The position numbers and the translations under genes were made by a program. A DNA stretch of 64,000 nt from a virus, in IMG/VR virus record IMGVR_UViG_3300037234_000386, positions 8,324 through 72,323 of that record; one strand, 5' to 3'. Position 1 is the first letter of the stretch. Every line of letters begins with the position of its first letter. The notes beneath the pieces are model-generated. The model had not been told where the DNA came from, did not search any database, and saw only the letters and a program-made list of their open reading frames with translations. Positions 8,397 through 16,429 of the stretch are shown here, piece after piece.

Positions 8397-8867
8397 ATGG
8401 AAGAAACAGGTTATCATTGTTGGGTAAAACTATATGAAGATTGGGTTATTGCCCAATACATAGGAGGTGGAAAATGGTTAATATTAGCCAGAGAGAATTT
8501 AATAGATGAAAAAGACCTTACCATAGGTGATCTCATATTAGGACAAGGAGAACGTTCAGAAGCTTTCCTAATGGTTATGAAAGAGCGTAAGAGGCAAATA
8601 CAAGTAGAAGGACATACTCTTGAGCATGATGATGAATGGGTTGATGGAGAGCTGTCGGAAGCGGGGGCTTGTTATGCAGGGTTTGAGAAGAAGATCCGCA
8701 CCATTGATGGAGGTAAAGGAAATATTTCTATAGATAGAACTTGGAGGTGGCCATGGAATATGAAATGGTGGAAGCCTTCACCAGAAGACAGAGTAAAAGA
8801 ACTCACTAAGGCTGCGGCTTTGATTATTGCTGATATTGAAAGAATTTTACGAATAAAGAAAGGGTAG
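8397..8867 (+). CDS. Conserved phage hypothetical protein (ERxRQ...WPW...WWKP family)
   Basis: ERKRQIQVEGHTLEHDD, WPWNMKWWKP, ELTKAAALIIADIERI. Confidence 0.75.
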   Translation: MEETGYHCWVKLYEDWVIAQYIGGGKWLILARENLIDEKDLTIGDLILGQGERSEAFLMVMKERKRQIQVEGHTLEHDDEWVDGELSEAGACYAGFEKKIRTIDGGKGNISIDRTWRWPWNMKWWKPSPEDRVKELTKAAALIIADIERILRIKKG

Positions 8868-8872
8868 TAACG

Positions 8873-9193
8873 ATGGGAAGTATAAAGTTAGAAGATGTCG
8901 CAAAAGAGAAGGCAAAGCTATATTTCAAAGACAATGCGCAGGGTGGTACAGTAGATACAATGGCATCTGCCATGATTGATTTTTTGAGAACAGTTTTGAA
9001 ACCTTCGAAATTAGCTGAATTAGAGGAAGTTGCACCTCCTGCAAAACAATACCAATTATGTCCAAAGTGTATTGGGCAAGGAATAGTAAGTAAACCTCCT
9101 TATGTTGCAGGTGATGTAAACGAGTGGCTAAGTTCAGAATCATTATATACGTGTAACGTTTGCAATGGAGATAAAATAATACCAACGCCATGA
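8873..9193 (+). CDS. Hypothetical protein with DnaJ-type Zn-finger pair
   Basis: CPKCIGQG and CNVCNGDK. Confidence 0.7.
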   Translation: MGSIKLEDVAKEKAKLYFKDNAQGGTVDTMASAMIDFLRTVLKPSKLAELEEVAPPAKQYQLCPKCIGQGIVSKPPYVAGDVNEWLSSESLYTCNVCNGDKIIPTP

Positions 9194-9666
9194 GTAAAAT
9201 CATCCACAGGGGATCAGGAGCGGCTTTAACCGAAATGGCTATATTTAAGCAGGTTTGGATGAGAAGCAACAAGAGATCGTTTATAAGCGGTCTGCATTTA
9301 CGAGGATTAGAAGGAACAGAGCTATTTATAAGCTGTTTTGCGCATGTTCTTGCCAAGGGACTGAATAAGTATCCGTTTTTTCGCTTTTATGCTAAAAACC
9401 TAGCTCTATTGGAGCCAAAAGAACATCATTTGTTCGATAATGGTACTGAAGAAATGAGAATCCATTACGCATTGGATATAGAAGAGAAGGGTGGCACCTG
9501 CGATTGGAAAAAGCTTTATGACTTGCGCGATGAGCTTGAAAAGGAGTATAAGAAACACTTTCCTTCAACATTCATGGGCATCCTCAACTATAAATATGAT
9601 CCTGAGGAGGTATTTAAGAAGGTAGGCAAGCTTAACCAGGAGTATTTTAAATCGTTGGAGGGTTAG
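9190..9666 (+). CDS. HNH/NinG-like nuclease-fold protein
   Basis: FAHVLAKG...YP.FR...N..LL...EHHLFD pattern. Confidence 0.5.
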   Translation: MSKIIHRGSGAALTEMAIFKQVWMRSNKRSFISGLHLRGLEGTELFISCFAHVLAKGLNKYPFFRFYAKNLALLEPKEHHLFDNGTEEMRIHYALDIEEKGGTCDWKKLYDLRDELEKEYKKHFPSTFMGILNYKYDPEEVFKKVGKLNQEYFKSLEG

Positions 9667-9669
9667 GTT

Positions 9670-9795
9670 ATGGCAGGAAAGAAAAAGAAGAAGATTGAGA
9701 ATCCTGAGCCTGTGTATATCGTATGTACAGGGTGCAGTGATTACTTTATAAACTACAAGGGATCCGATGGGTTTTGTAGGAAGTGTAAAAAATAG
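9670..9795 (+). CDS. 41-aa basic Zn-ribbon microprotein (not in the ORF track)
   Basis: MAGKKKKK...CTGC...CRKCKK; ATG follows the previous stop by a few bases and a terminator follows. Confidence 0.55.
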   Translation: MAGKKKKKIENPEPVYIVCTGCSDYFINYKGSDGFCRKCKK

Positions 9796-9804
9796 CTTAA
9801 AAGG

Positions 9805-9833
9805 AAAGGGGACCAGTAATGATCCCCTTTTTT
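9805..9833. terminator. Bidirectional terminator between convergent operons
   Basis: AAAGGGGA/TCCCCTTT hairpin. Confidence 0.75.
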
Positions 9834-10227
9834 ATGTTGTAGAGTAATTGATTTTAAACGTAGAGTTGTGTTTTTCTAAAAGCATCAATATTGCCTTAAC
9901 ATGATCTTGGTGCTCTTCTGTGGTTACTACGGTAAGAAGCTTTTCGAAATGTTTTATTAGAAAAGGTATTGATGGTGCAATTAATAAAGCATGATTATCA
10001 TCCTTATGAGCTTTCCAAAAAGCATCTGGTTTATACATAAAAATAATAGTAGCCAGACCGTTTTTGCCAATAAGATACTTTGGTTTGTCTTGCTTATACA
10101 CCTTTGTCAAACATTTATTTAGCTTCACTTCACCCATGTCGAACAATACATTCATAGCATCTTCGTATGATCCCCTGTGAACAATCACCTCTCTTATTGG
10201 TAATGGATATTTCCCTAGTGTTTTCAT
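9832..10227 (-). CDS. Hypothetical protein
   Basis: ORF in coupled leftward operon. Confidence 0.65.
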   Translation of the reverse strand: MKTLGKYPLPIREVIVHRGSYEDAMNVLFDMGEVKLNKCLTKVYKQDKPKYLIGKNGLATIIFMYKPDAFWKAHKDDNHALLIAPSIPFLIKHFEKLLTVVTTEEHQDHVKAILMLLEKHNSTFKINYSTT

Positions 10228-10230
10228 GAT

Positions 10231-10425
10231 TTACAAGTTAGATATTAAATAAAAAAGGGCTTCTACTGGCAAAGTATGAGTACTCTTGCCGTTCTCGATG
10301 GTAAATAAGGCGATGTGTTGAGAATCGTCAATAACAATTCTCTTATCATCAATAACAATATCAGTCCAATCAGTCTCCTTGCTGACCGTCACTCTTTTCT
10401 TGCTCGTCTGTCTGCGTACCCTCAT
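10231..10425 (-). CDS. Small hypothetical protein with Arg/Lys-rich N-terminus
   Basis: ORF in coupled leftward operon. Confidence 0.55.
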   Translation of the reverse strand: MRVRRQTSKKRVTVSKETDWTDIVIDDKRIVIDDSQHIALFTIENGKSTHTLPVEALFYLISNL

Positions 10426-10624
10426 CTGATTCCGTTTTAAGTTTTCTAAAGATAGTTACAACTGCATAAATATCTTCAGCAATTCTTATTGTTCCTCTAG
10501 AAGTGCTGATTAATTCAGTCTTACCAGTTGTAGATGGTCCAATCGTTCTCGTTAAATTAGCTCTAAAAAGAACCATCTTGCCCTGTATTTTAAATTTTAG
10601 ATTCTTAGCGTCAAATCGTGCCAT
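10370..10624 (-). CDS. Small phage protein (GPSxxGKT...STxG type)
   Basis: ORF; motif recurrent in small phage proteins. Confidence 0.6.
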   Translation of the reverse strand: MARFDAKNLKFKIQGKMVLFRANLTRTIGPSTTGKTELISTSRGTIRIAEDIYAVVTIFRKLKTESDEGTQTDEQEKSDGQQGD

Positions 10625-10628
10625 TGTA

Positions 10629-10808
10629 CTAAGAGTTTGTTAATTGGTTCTTAAAAGCAATAGCTTCTTTGCTCTCAATATGGAATACAACCTTGTTTTC
10701 GGGCAAATAGAGACATGCATCGCCTCTCTTTATGGTTTTACCCGTTTCAGCACAAGTGCTTTCGAATTTAGACTTCGTGAGTCTTCCTGATCTAGTTGCT
10801 CGTGTCAT
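10629..10808 (-). CDS. Small hypothetical protein
   Basis: SKFESTCAETGKTIKRGD motif; likely start MTRAT at 10808. Confidence 0.6.
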   Translation of the reverse strand: MTRATRSGRLTKSKFESTCAETGKTIKRGDACLYLPENKVVFHIESKEAIAFKNQLTNS

Positions 10809-10819
10809 AATCTTATATG

Positions 10820-10935
10820 TATTGGTTTGTGTGTGCAATATTACAACGAATAAACGAATAAAACAAATACATATCACAAAAAATAATCACAAAAAGATTT
10901 GTTTATATGGAATAGATGTCGTAATATTGTGGTGT
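10820..10935. promoter_or_regulatory. Divergent Bacteroidota-type promoters
   Basis: GTAATATTG on + at 10921-10929 with TTTG upstream; the same motif on - at 10836-10844. Confidence 0.55.
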
Positions 10936-10955
10936 ATTAACTAAACTATAAAACA

Positions 10956-11366
10956 ATGATAAGTCAGATTTACCGAGTGCACTACATGAAAGACAGGTTT
11001 TCTTATGTAGGATTACTTAGAAACGAAAAGAAGTTTAGCATTAACGACAAGGTGTTTTTCTCTATTAACAACCACGATATAGCTTTTGGGCGTATTGTAG
11101 GTGTAGAATTACCACCAGCAGAAAATCCAGAATATAGATATAAGATTGAGTTACCTGAAAAACTTATACTCCAAAGAATGGAGCATAAGGATTTTTACGC
11201 AGGTAAAGATATTGACAAGGTAGATCTTAATTGTGATAAGATTTTTAGCACAATTGAAGAGGCTAAAGAATCTGCAATAAAAAATCTTGAGCGCATGGCT
11301 GAATTACAACGAGTAGAGATTGATAGATATTTTTACGCACTACAATCAAGCAGTTCTAAAGGTTAG
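10956..11366 (+). CDS. Hypothetical protein
   Basis: ORF downstream of promoter. Confidence 0.65.
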   Translation: MISQIYRVHYMKDRFSYVGLLRNEKKFSINDKVFFSINNHDIAFGRIVGVELPPAENPEYRYKIELPEKLILQRMEHKDFYAGKDIDKVDLNCDKIFSTIEEAKESAIKNLERMAELQRVEIDRYFYALQSSSSKG

Positions 11367-11382
11367 TTAGTATTGGATAATT

Positions 11383-11823
11383 ATGGTTTATAGCTCGGTT
11401 TATGCTTGTCCGGGCTTTTTACACCTTCTAAAAATGAATTATATGGGACATACAAAAAGGAATTGCGACTATTGCGAAAAAGAGTATATGGCAGACAACC
11501 GAAATTTAAAGCGAGGTTGGGGGTTATGTTGTTCTAAGAGGTGTGCAGCAAATAAACGAGAAAAGAGTAGACCTAACTATGATCCAAAGCGAGTTGCTGC
11601 TAATAATATTAAAAGAGTTAGTTTTCAAGAACAGGCTTACGAGCGTGGATCAAATGCATTTGCAAGACGTAGAGGCTACCCAACATATGCAGAAATGCAA
11701 GACAGTCAAGCTATGGAAGATGGCAGTTGGGATGCTCATGGAGGTGTTGAATTGTCGATATGTAATATCTGTAATTTAAGAGCTAACTATTGCAGATGCG
11801 GTGAAGGATGTGATGATTATTAA
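11383..11823 (+). CDS. Cys-rich hypothetical protein (Zn-finger)
   Basis: CDYC...RGWGLCCSKRCA; C-terminal CNIC...CRC; start may be further downstream. Confidence 0.65.
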   Translation: MVYSSVYACPGFLHLLKMNYMGHTKRNCDYCEKEYMADNRNLKRGWGLCCSKRCAANKREKSRPNYDPKRVAANNIKRVSFQEQAYERGSNAFARRRGYPTYAEMQDSQAMEDGSWDAHGGVELSICNICNLRANYCRCGEGCDDY

Positions 11824-11834
11824 AATTTTGAAAT

Positions 11835-12320
11835 ATGGAATTTACTTTTAAAAATAAGACTTACGAACTCGTAAAAGGGAATGGCTGGAATTGTGTTGAA
11901 TGCGACCTGCATGACATGCAAGGGTGTGCTATTTCAATAGCCAACGCTCCTTTTGAGATAGCTAAAAACACTCATGAATGCGAAGATGGTGGTTATGTGT
12001 GGAAAGAGAATAGGAATAAAAGTATTGATAGGCTACATGAAGATGCGACACGTGCTGCAAGTGGTGTGATCGAGCGCATTAATGATGCCCGTATTGCATC
12101 AGCAGCCACCCGCATAGGAGAATTCGATAACCTTCACATAACAGCACACATGGATATTGACAGAACAGTAGAGTCTTTAAGACCTATCCTAGCGTACAAA
12201 AAGAAAGCAGCTACGGAAATACTTAGGTTTGGTGATGTGGATGAGGAGCAGGTTGTAGTATTGAACGCCATACTTAAACATGCAGATAATATGATAAATC
12301 AGGTACTTAGAATATCATGA
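11835..12320 (+). CDS. Hypothetical protein
   Basis: ORF in operon. Confidence 0.6.
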   Translation: MEFTFKNKTYELVKGNGWNCVECDLHDMQGCAISIANAPFEIAKNTHECEDGGYVWKENRNKSIDRLHEDATRAASGVIERINDARIASAATRIGEFDNLHITAHMDIDRTVESLRPILAYKKKAATEILRFGDVDEEQVVVLNAILKHADNMINQVLRIS

Positions 12321-12604
12321 GTAAAGGATGCAGACATATAAAAATAGGAGATGCCACAGCTATATTGTGTGGAGGCGAGCCAACAGATCATGAGTGCAAT
12401 GATAAAGGCCCCGTAATGTACACGTTCTCGGATGGAGATTCTTGTAGCTTATTTGACAAGGCTAGGAAAGAGCGCATGAATCTTAACATGTGCGATGCAG
12501 ACAAGCTTCACTTCATCCGTGAGAAAGGAATCGATATAAGGGGAGGTAGTGTGTCCTGCTCCATATGTAAGAGGCTGGCATCAGCAGACATGTACTATTT
12601 ATAA
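12317..12604 (+). CDS. Hypothetical Cys-containing protein
   Basis: ATGA overlap with upstream gene; SCSIC motif. Confidence 0.6.
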   Translation: MSKGCRHIKIGDATAILCGGEPTDHECNDKGPVMYTFSDGDSCSLFDKARKERMNLNMCDADKLHFIREKGIDIRGGSVSCSICKRLASADMYYL

Positions 12605-12629
12605 TTTATAAACCAAAAACAGAGTAAAT

Positions 12630-12848
12630 ATGAAAATTAAAGAAATTGTTTCTCAGTCTCGAAGAGATTTTTGGGCAGACATGGAGTGTGAACATTGTGG
12701 TCATATAGAGAAAAAAGTATCTGGTTATGATGATACTAATTATCACAATAACGTAATACCAGACATGAAGTGTAAGGAATGCGGAAAGAAGGGTAGCGAA
12801 GAGCATCGCCCACTAGCTCCTAAATATCCTGAAGGAATGCAATTGTAG
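12630..12848 (+). CDS. Small Zn-ribbon phage protein
   Basis: RRDFWADMECEHCGH...YHNNVIPDMKCKECGK. Confidence 0.75.
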   Translation: MKIKEIVSQSRRDFWADMECEHCGHIEKKVSGYDDTNYHNNVIPDMKCKECGKKGSEEHRPLAPKYPEGMQL

Positions 12849-12862
12849 AAATAACAAGGCAC

Positions 12863-12902
12863 AAAAAAACCCTAGCACAAACGAATGTACTAGGGTTTTT
12901 TT
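12863..12902. terminator. Bidirectional terminator
   Basis: A7-CCCTAG...CTAGGG-T7. Confidence 0.8.
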
Positions 12903-13440
12903 ATTCTTCATCTAAGAACCAATCAAAACCTTTTTCTTCTTTATAAACAGCATTCATGTTGTCTTCAAGAGCAGCCTTATTCACTTTTCTCAACACTCTT
13001 TTAAAAAAAGCAATTCCTGCTGGTGTAAACAATATAAATGTTTTTTGCATACAGTTTCTATGAGGATACACAGCATCGAAAGTTTGGCGAGAAAAAAAAC
13101 CTAAGTCTTTTAGCGTATGTATTCTAATCCTCTCCTGGTGGCAAATATTATGGTTCCTGCTATCAATAGTTACCGTTCCTCCTTTGGTTAGAAACCACAG
13201 CTTGCACATAATGAACCAATGATAAAGACCTACTTTAGGCTCAGTCTCTTCCAAAACTTTTATTATTGGATATATGAGTGCTATCCCATCAAGCATAGAG
13301 AATGGAAATAGATAATTCCATATTGCTTTGTATAGGATTTTGAATAGGTTGATTTTTTTACCCTCTAATTTTATGTAGATGTTTTTTATCGAGGGATCAA
13401 GCTCGTATAGTTCGGGTGGTGCTGGCGTGTTATTTTGCAT
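12901..13440 (-). CDS. Hypothetical protein, possibly winged-helix
   Basis: LKDLGFFSR...ILFTPAGIAFF resembles a MarR-type wing. Confidence 0.5.
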   Translation of the reverse strand: MQNNTPAPPELYELDPSIKNIYIKLEGKKINLFKILYKAIWNYLFPFSMLDGIALIYPIIKVLEETEPKVGLYHWFIMCKLWFLTKGGTVTIDSRNHNICHQERIRIHTLKDLGFFSRQTFDAVYPHRNCMQKTFILFTPAGIAFFKRVLRKVNKAALEDNMNAVYKEEKGFDWFLDEE

Positions 13441-13639
13441 GGCCTTCTGTATTAAATCCGTACTTTTCCATTACTGGAAGGATCTTTGCCCTGTGAACTG
13501 GCTCTATTGTATCGCTCTTCGTCTTGTAGTTGAGATAATTGCGGCCAAGTGTGCACTCCTTTAGAAATATCGCAACCTTAATGGCTTGATGCCCTTTTAG
13601 AAAGGCTTTTAAGTCCTTTTTTGTTAGTTTTTGCTTCAT
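13430..13639 (-). CDS. Small hypothetical protein (possible HTH)
   Basis: ORF coupled to neighbours. Confidence 0.55.
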   Translation of the reverse strand: MKQKLTKKDLKAFLKGHQAIKVAIFLKECTLGRNYLNYKTKSDTIEPVHRAKILPVMEKYGFNTEGHAK

Positions 13640-13842
13640 TATGCTAGTGTTAGTTTAATAAATACGTTTTGATACCTTAGACATCGCCTCAAATCATCAC
13701 TGTTTAAAATAGGATGCTTTGAATAAGTTTCGCCTTCCTTGTTAAGCTCAAAAATTTCTACTGTATCGCTTAAAAACAAGTTGCTTGCAATTTCAAAAAC
13801 ATTGACATAAACAATATTTTTGACAAATATATATTTTTCCAT
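13639..13842 (-). CDS. Small hypothetical early protein
   Basis: ORF preceded by motif copy 1. Confidence 0.6.
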   Translation of the reverse strand: MEKYIFVKNIVYVNVFEIASNLFLSDTVEIFELNKEGETYSKHPILNSDDLRRCLRYQNVFIKLTLA

Positions 13843-13865
13843 AATAAAAAATATTAGTTAATAAA

Positions 13866-13916
13866 AATGTCTTTACGACTTGGAACCCCAAACCAGAACA
13901 ATCTGGTGAGGGGTTT
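13866..13916 (-). repeat. Two-hairpin intergenic motif, copy 1
   Basis: Minus strand: AACCCC-TCA-CCAGA-TTGT-TCTGG-TTT-GGGGTT-CCAA-GTC-GTAAA-GAC. Confidence 0.7.
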
Positions 13917-13922
13917 AATAAA

Positions 13923-14105
13923 TTAATTAATCACTACTAAATTAGAAAGAAAACCTATTACATAATGATTTGAGTTAAAAAAATCCAGATAAACCAAATC
14001 ATATTTTTTATTTACATTACTTTTTCTAATTTCTGAAATTGTACCAATATAAGAACAGTGTTCTTTTTGTGGCAATCCTCCTATTTTACCTATTAATTCA
14101 TTCAT
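13923..14105 (-). CDS. Small hypothetical early protein
   Basis: ORF with AACTAAA-type leader. Confidence 0.55.
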   Translation of the reverse strand: MNELIGKIGGLPQKEHCSYIGTISEIRKSNVNKKYDLVYLDFFNSNHYVIGFLSNLVVIN

Positions 14106-14163
14106 GATTTTAATTGTTTAGTTACAAAATATATATTCATTCCTAGATTTTCAAAAAATACCA

Positions 14164-14871
14164 TTATCTTAAAATATCAAATGAAATATAATATTTATTA
14201 CCTGTTTGACGTAAACAATAATAAACGGTTTCGCCTGCGTCTGTGTGTGTGTAAGCTTCGGAACAATAAAAACAACCTTTACCATAAATAGGAGGTAAGC
14301 ATTCTAAAAAATGCCAGTAAATGGGCTTTAAAACTTCAAACTCTTGCCCTAGTCTTTTACTAGACATTTTCTTTTTAACCTCTTCAAAGTGTTTCCATGC
14401 AACGCGCTCTAAATCATTGCGCTCTACTTGTTCTGCTAGTCGTTTGGCGTACTCTTCAAAATAATATATTATAAGATTTAATTTATCATCAAAAAAAGTA
14501 TTTTCTTCTTGGCTTACTGCGTTGTTTCTGTTTCCATTGTAACCAACGACACCACCACAAAAAGAGAAATCAAAATATTTACCTATTTGTACTAAATCAA
14601 TAACTAAGACACGTATTTTGTTATATTCTCTAATTTGCGGAGTATATCCATCTATAGAAGCTGCGTTTTTTGCAGATTCAAAGCTGTGCATGTTTAATTT
14701 ATTTTTATCAAACCATGTGCTTAATGGGTGCACATCACAAGCAAAAACATATTTACAATTAAACATTATTTTTAAATATTCACTAACCTTGTTAAATCGT
14801 TCAATTGCCTGATTTTGGTTAGATATATTTACAAAATCGTTTCCTGGTAATTTATTGAAGTTTGGTATCAT
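14164..14871 (-). CDS. Hypothetical protein with C-terminal DUF1419-like motif
   Basis: YWHFLECLPP...FYCSEAYT pattern. Confidence 0.6.
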   Translation of the reverse strand: MIPNFNKLPGNDFVNISNQNQAIERFNKVSEYLKIMFNCKYVFACDVHPLSTWFDKNKLNMHSFESAKNAASIDGYTPQIREYNKIRVLVIDLVQIGKYFDFSFCGGVVGYNGNRNNAVSQEENTFFDDKLNLIIYYFEEYAKRLAEQVERNDLERVAWKHFEEVKKKMSSKRLGQEFEVLKPIYWHFLECLPPIYGKGCFYCSEAYTHTDAGETVYYCLRQTGNKYYISFDILR

Positions 14872-14902
14872 AATATAAAGTTTAGATTAATACTATTACT
14901 GT

Positions 14903-14950
14903 CTCCTTTGCGGAGTAGAACCGAAAGCAGGTGCGAACCTGCAAACGGTT
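14903..14950 (-). repeat. Two-hairpin intergenic motif, copy 2
   Basis: Minus strand: AACCG-TTT-GCAGG-TTCGCA-CCTGC-TTT-CGGTT-CTA-CTCC-GCAAA-GGAG. Confidence 0.75.
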
Positions 14951-15174
14951 TATTTTTCATGTCTTTCTATACAATAGTTAGTTAACCATGCAGAATACAA
15001 GTTGTACTGCTTTTCGCTTATCCTTTCCTGTAGACGTTCCCTGTCTAGGCTTCTAAGCTCATTATCTAAGGTATCGTTCAAATATTGTCTTCTATAGGGT
15101 TTATCTGTCCCCTTTTCGCTGTCTGCATGTGCTTTCAAGCGTTCTTTGTATGCTTTGTAAATTGAATTATCCAT
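14950..15174 (-). CDS. Small hypothetical early protein
   Basis: ORF in leftward operon. Confidence 0.65.
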   Translation of the reverse strand: MDNSIYKAYKERLKAHADSEKGTDKPYRRQYLNDTLDNELRSLDRERLQERISEKQYNLYSAWLTNYCIERHEK

Positions 15175-15176
15175 TT

Positions 15177-15392
15177 TTAAGCCTCCACTGCTTCAATTAA
15201 TTCTTCTAAACTGTTTATTGGTTCACTCCATGTAAAAACATCATAATCTGCAACAATCTCAACATTTACACCATCCTGTAAAATGTCCTGTGTTCTATTC
15301 ACATTTACACTACCTTCAACACAATACCAACCATTATGAGCAAATACTGTACAAGGTGTATTTTCACTTCCGTAAAATCCTGTTAAAATCAT
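15177..15392 (-). CDS. Small hypothetical early protein
   Basis: WYCVEGSVNVN motif; preceded by motif copy 3. Confidence 0.7.
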   Translation of the reverse strand: MILTGFYGSENTPCTVFAHNGWYCVEGSVNVNRTQDILQDGVNVEIVADYDVFTWSEPINSLEELIEAVEA

Positions 15393-15424
15393 ATTGTAAA
15401 ATTTAAGTTAAATTAATAAATAGT

Positions 15425-15472
15425 TGCCTTTGCGGCATGGGTGGGCAGTGCAGGAGCAACCCACACAGCCCA
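15425..15472 (-). repeat. Two-hairpin intergenic motif, copy 3
   Basis: Minus strand: TGGGC-T-GTGTGGG-TTGCT-CCTGCAC-T-GCCCA-CCCA-TGCC-GCAAA-GGCA. Confidence 0.7.
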
Positions 15473-15734
15473 AAAATTAGTTAATACTTGCATTTAGTAG
15501 CATAAAAAAGACCCAAGCCAAGAACACCACTAAAAACACTATAAAATTCACATCTTTGCGTTTAATAGACATAATATAAAATTTAGTCTTCATTTATAAT
15601 TTCGTTAATGCTTCTATTGTCGTGAGGTAAAACTTCATTGATGTAAAATATTTCAATCTCGTCTTGTGTTGGCTCGGTTGCTAAAAAAGCTTCAATTGTT
15701 TGTTTCATAATACAATACTTAGTTAATAGTTAAT

Positions 15735-16013
15735 TTACTTCCCTAATGTTTGTTTTACTATGTTTTTATAGTCGTATTTTGGAACATTAGCATAAAATAG
15801 TTTGTCAAAAAATGAAAAGGTGTAAGCTCGTTCAAACGTTTTTTCTCTCTGTTTCTCAGCTTCTTTTTTGTCTGTAAACAAAACCCCAATGCCTTTAATC
15901 CACAGATCACCATCAATATAACTATGTTGAACACTAGGAGCATTCGTAAACTGTTTTTCAATTCCTATTATTCTGCCTTTAGTTGTTTTTTCATAACCTA
16001 CTATAGTTTTCAT
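15735..16013 (-). CDS. Small hypothetical early protein
   Basis: ORF preceded by motif copy 4. Confidence 0.65.
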   Translation of the reverse strand: MKTIVGYEKTTKGRIIGIEKQFTNAPSVQHSYIDGDLWIKGIGVLFTDKKEAEKQREKTFERAYTFSFFDKLFYANVPKYDYKNIVKQTLGK

Positions 16014-16035
16014 AATTTAAGATTTAGTTAATGAT

Positions 16036-16080
16036 TGTCTTTGCGACATTGCACCACACCACCCAACCAAGGGAAGTGAG
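16036..16080 (-). repeat. Two-hairpin intergenic motif, copy 4 (weaker first stem)
   Basis: Minus strand: CAC-TT-CCC-TTGGTT-GGG-TGGT-GTG-GTGCAA-TGTC-GCAAA-GACA. Confidence 0.6.
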
Positions 16081-16429
16081 GAGAGAGAGAAGAGAACTAA
16101 ACAGAGTAGCCAAGAAACAATTGTAAAGTATGGACCTTGCAGTCTGTTAAGTTGGTGCGCTCAATAGATTGAGTCTTTGTATTGTCGTTGTAAACGGTTT
16201 CAAAGGCGATTAATTTACCGTTAATAATTTCGTGCTCTACATCGTGAGCATCTAATATTTTAGTTATCCAGCACATAAGCTATCTTTTATAAATTATAAA
16301 TAAACCTATTGTAAACATGCAAGCCAGAGAGATAAAACAACATATACTCTGCATTTCCTCACACTCACAACCAAAATAAAAGCTTGCAACCATAACAAGC
16401 AATAAGAACAATATTTTAACAATTTTCAT

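Noticed and set aside
13551-13562. 12-nt identity (GTGCACTCCTTT) with the candidate sRNA at 23748-23759, suggesting antisense targeting
   Set aside because: A 12-mer match somewhere in 64 kb is expected by chance, and it falls mostly in the terminator stem
14915-14950. tRNA gene suggested by GCAGGTTCGCACCTGC
   Set aside because: No D-arm or anticodon arm and only ~35 nt; treated as part of the repeated motif
13866-16080. c-di-GMP-I riboswitches (CGCAAAG word) or a CRISPR array
   Set aside because: GCAAA is a hairpin loop here, the other c-di-GMP-I elements are missing, and the copies differ in sequence and are separated by genes rather than spacers
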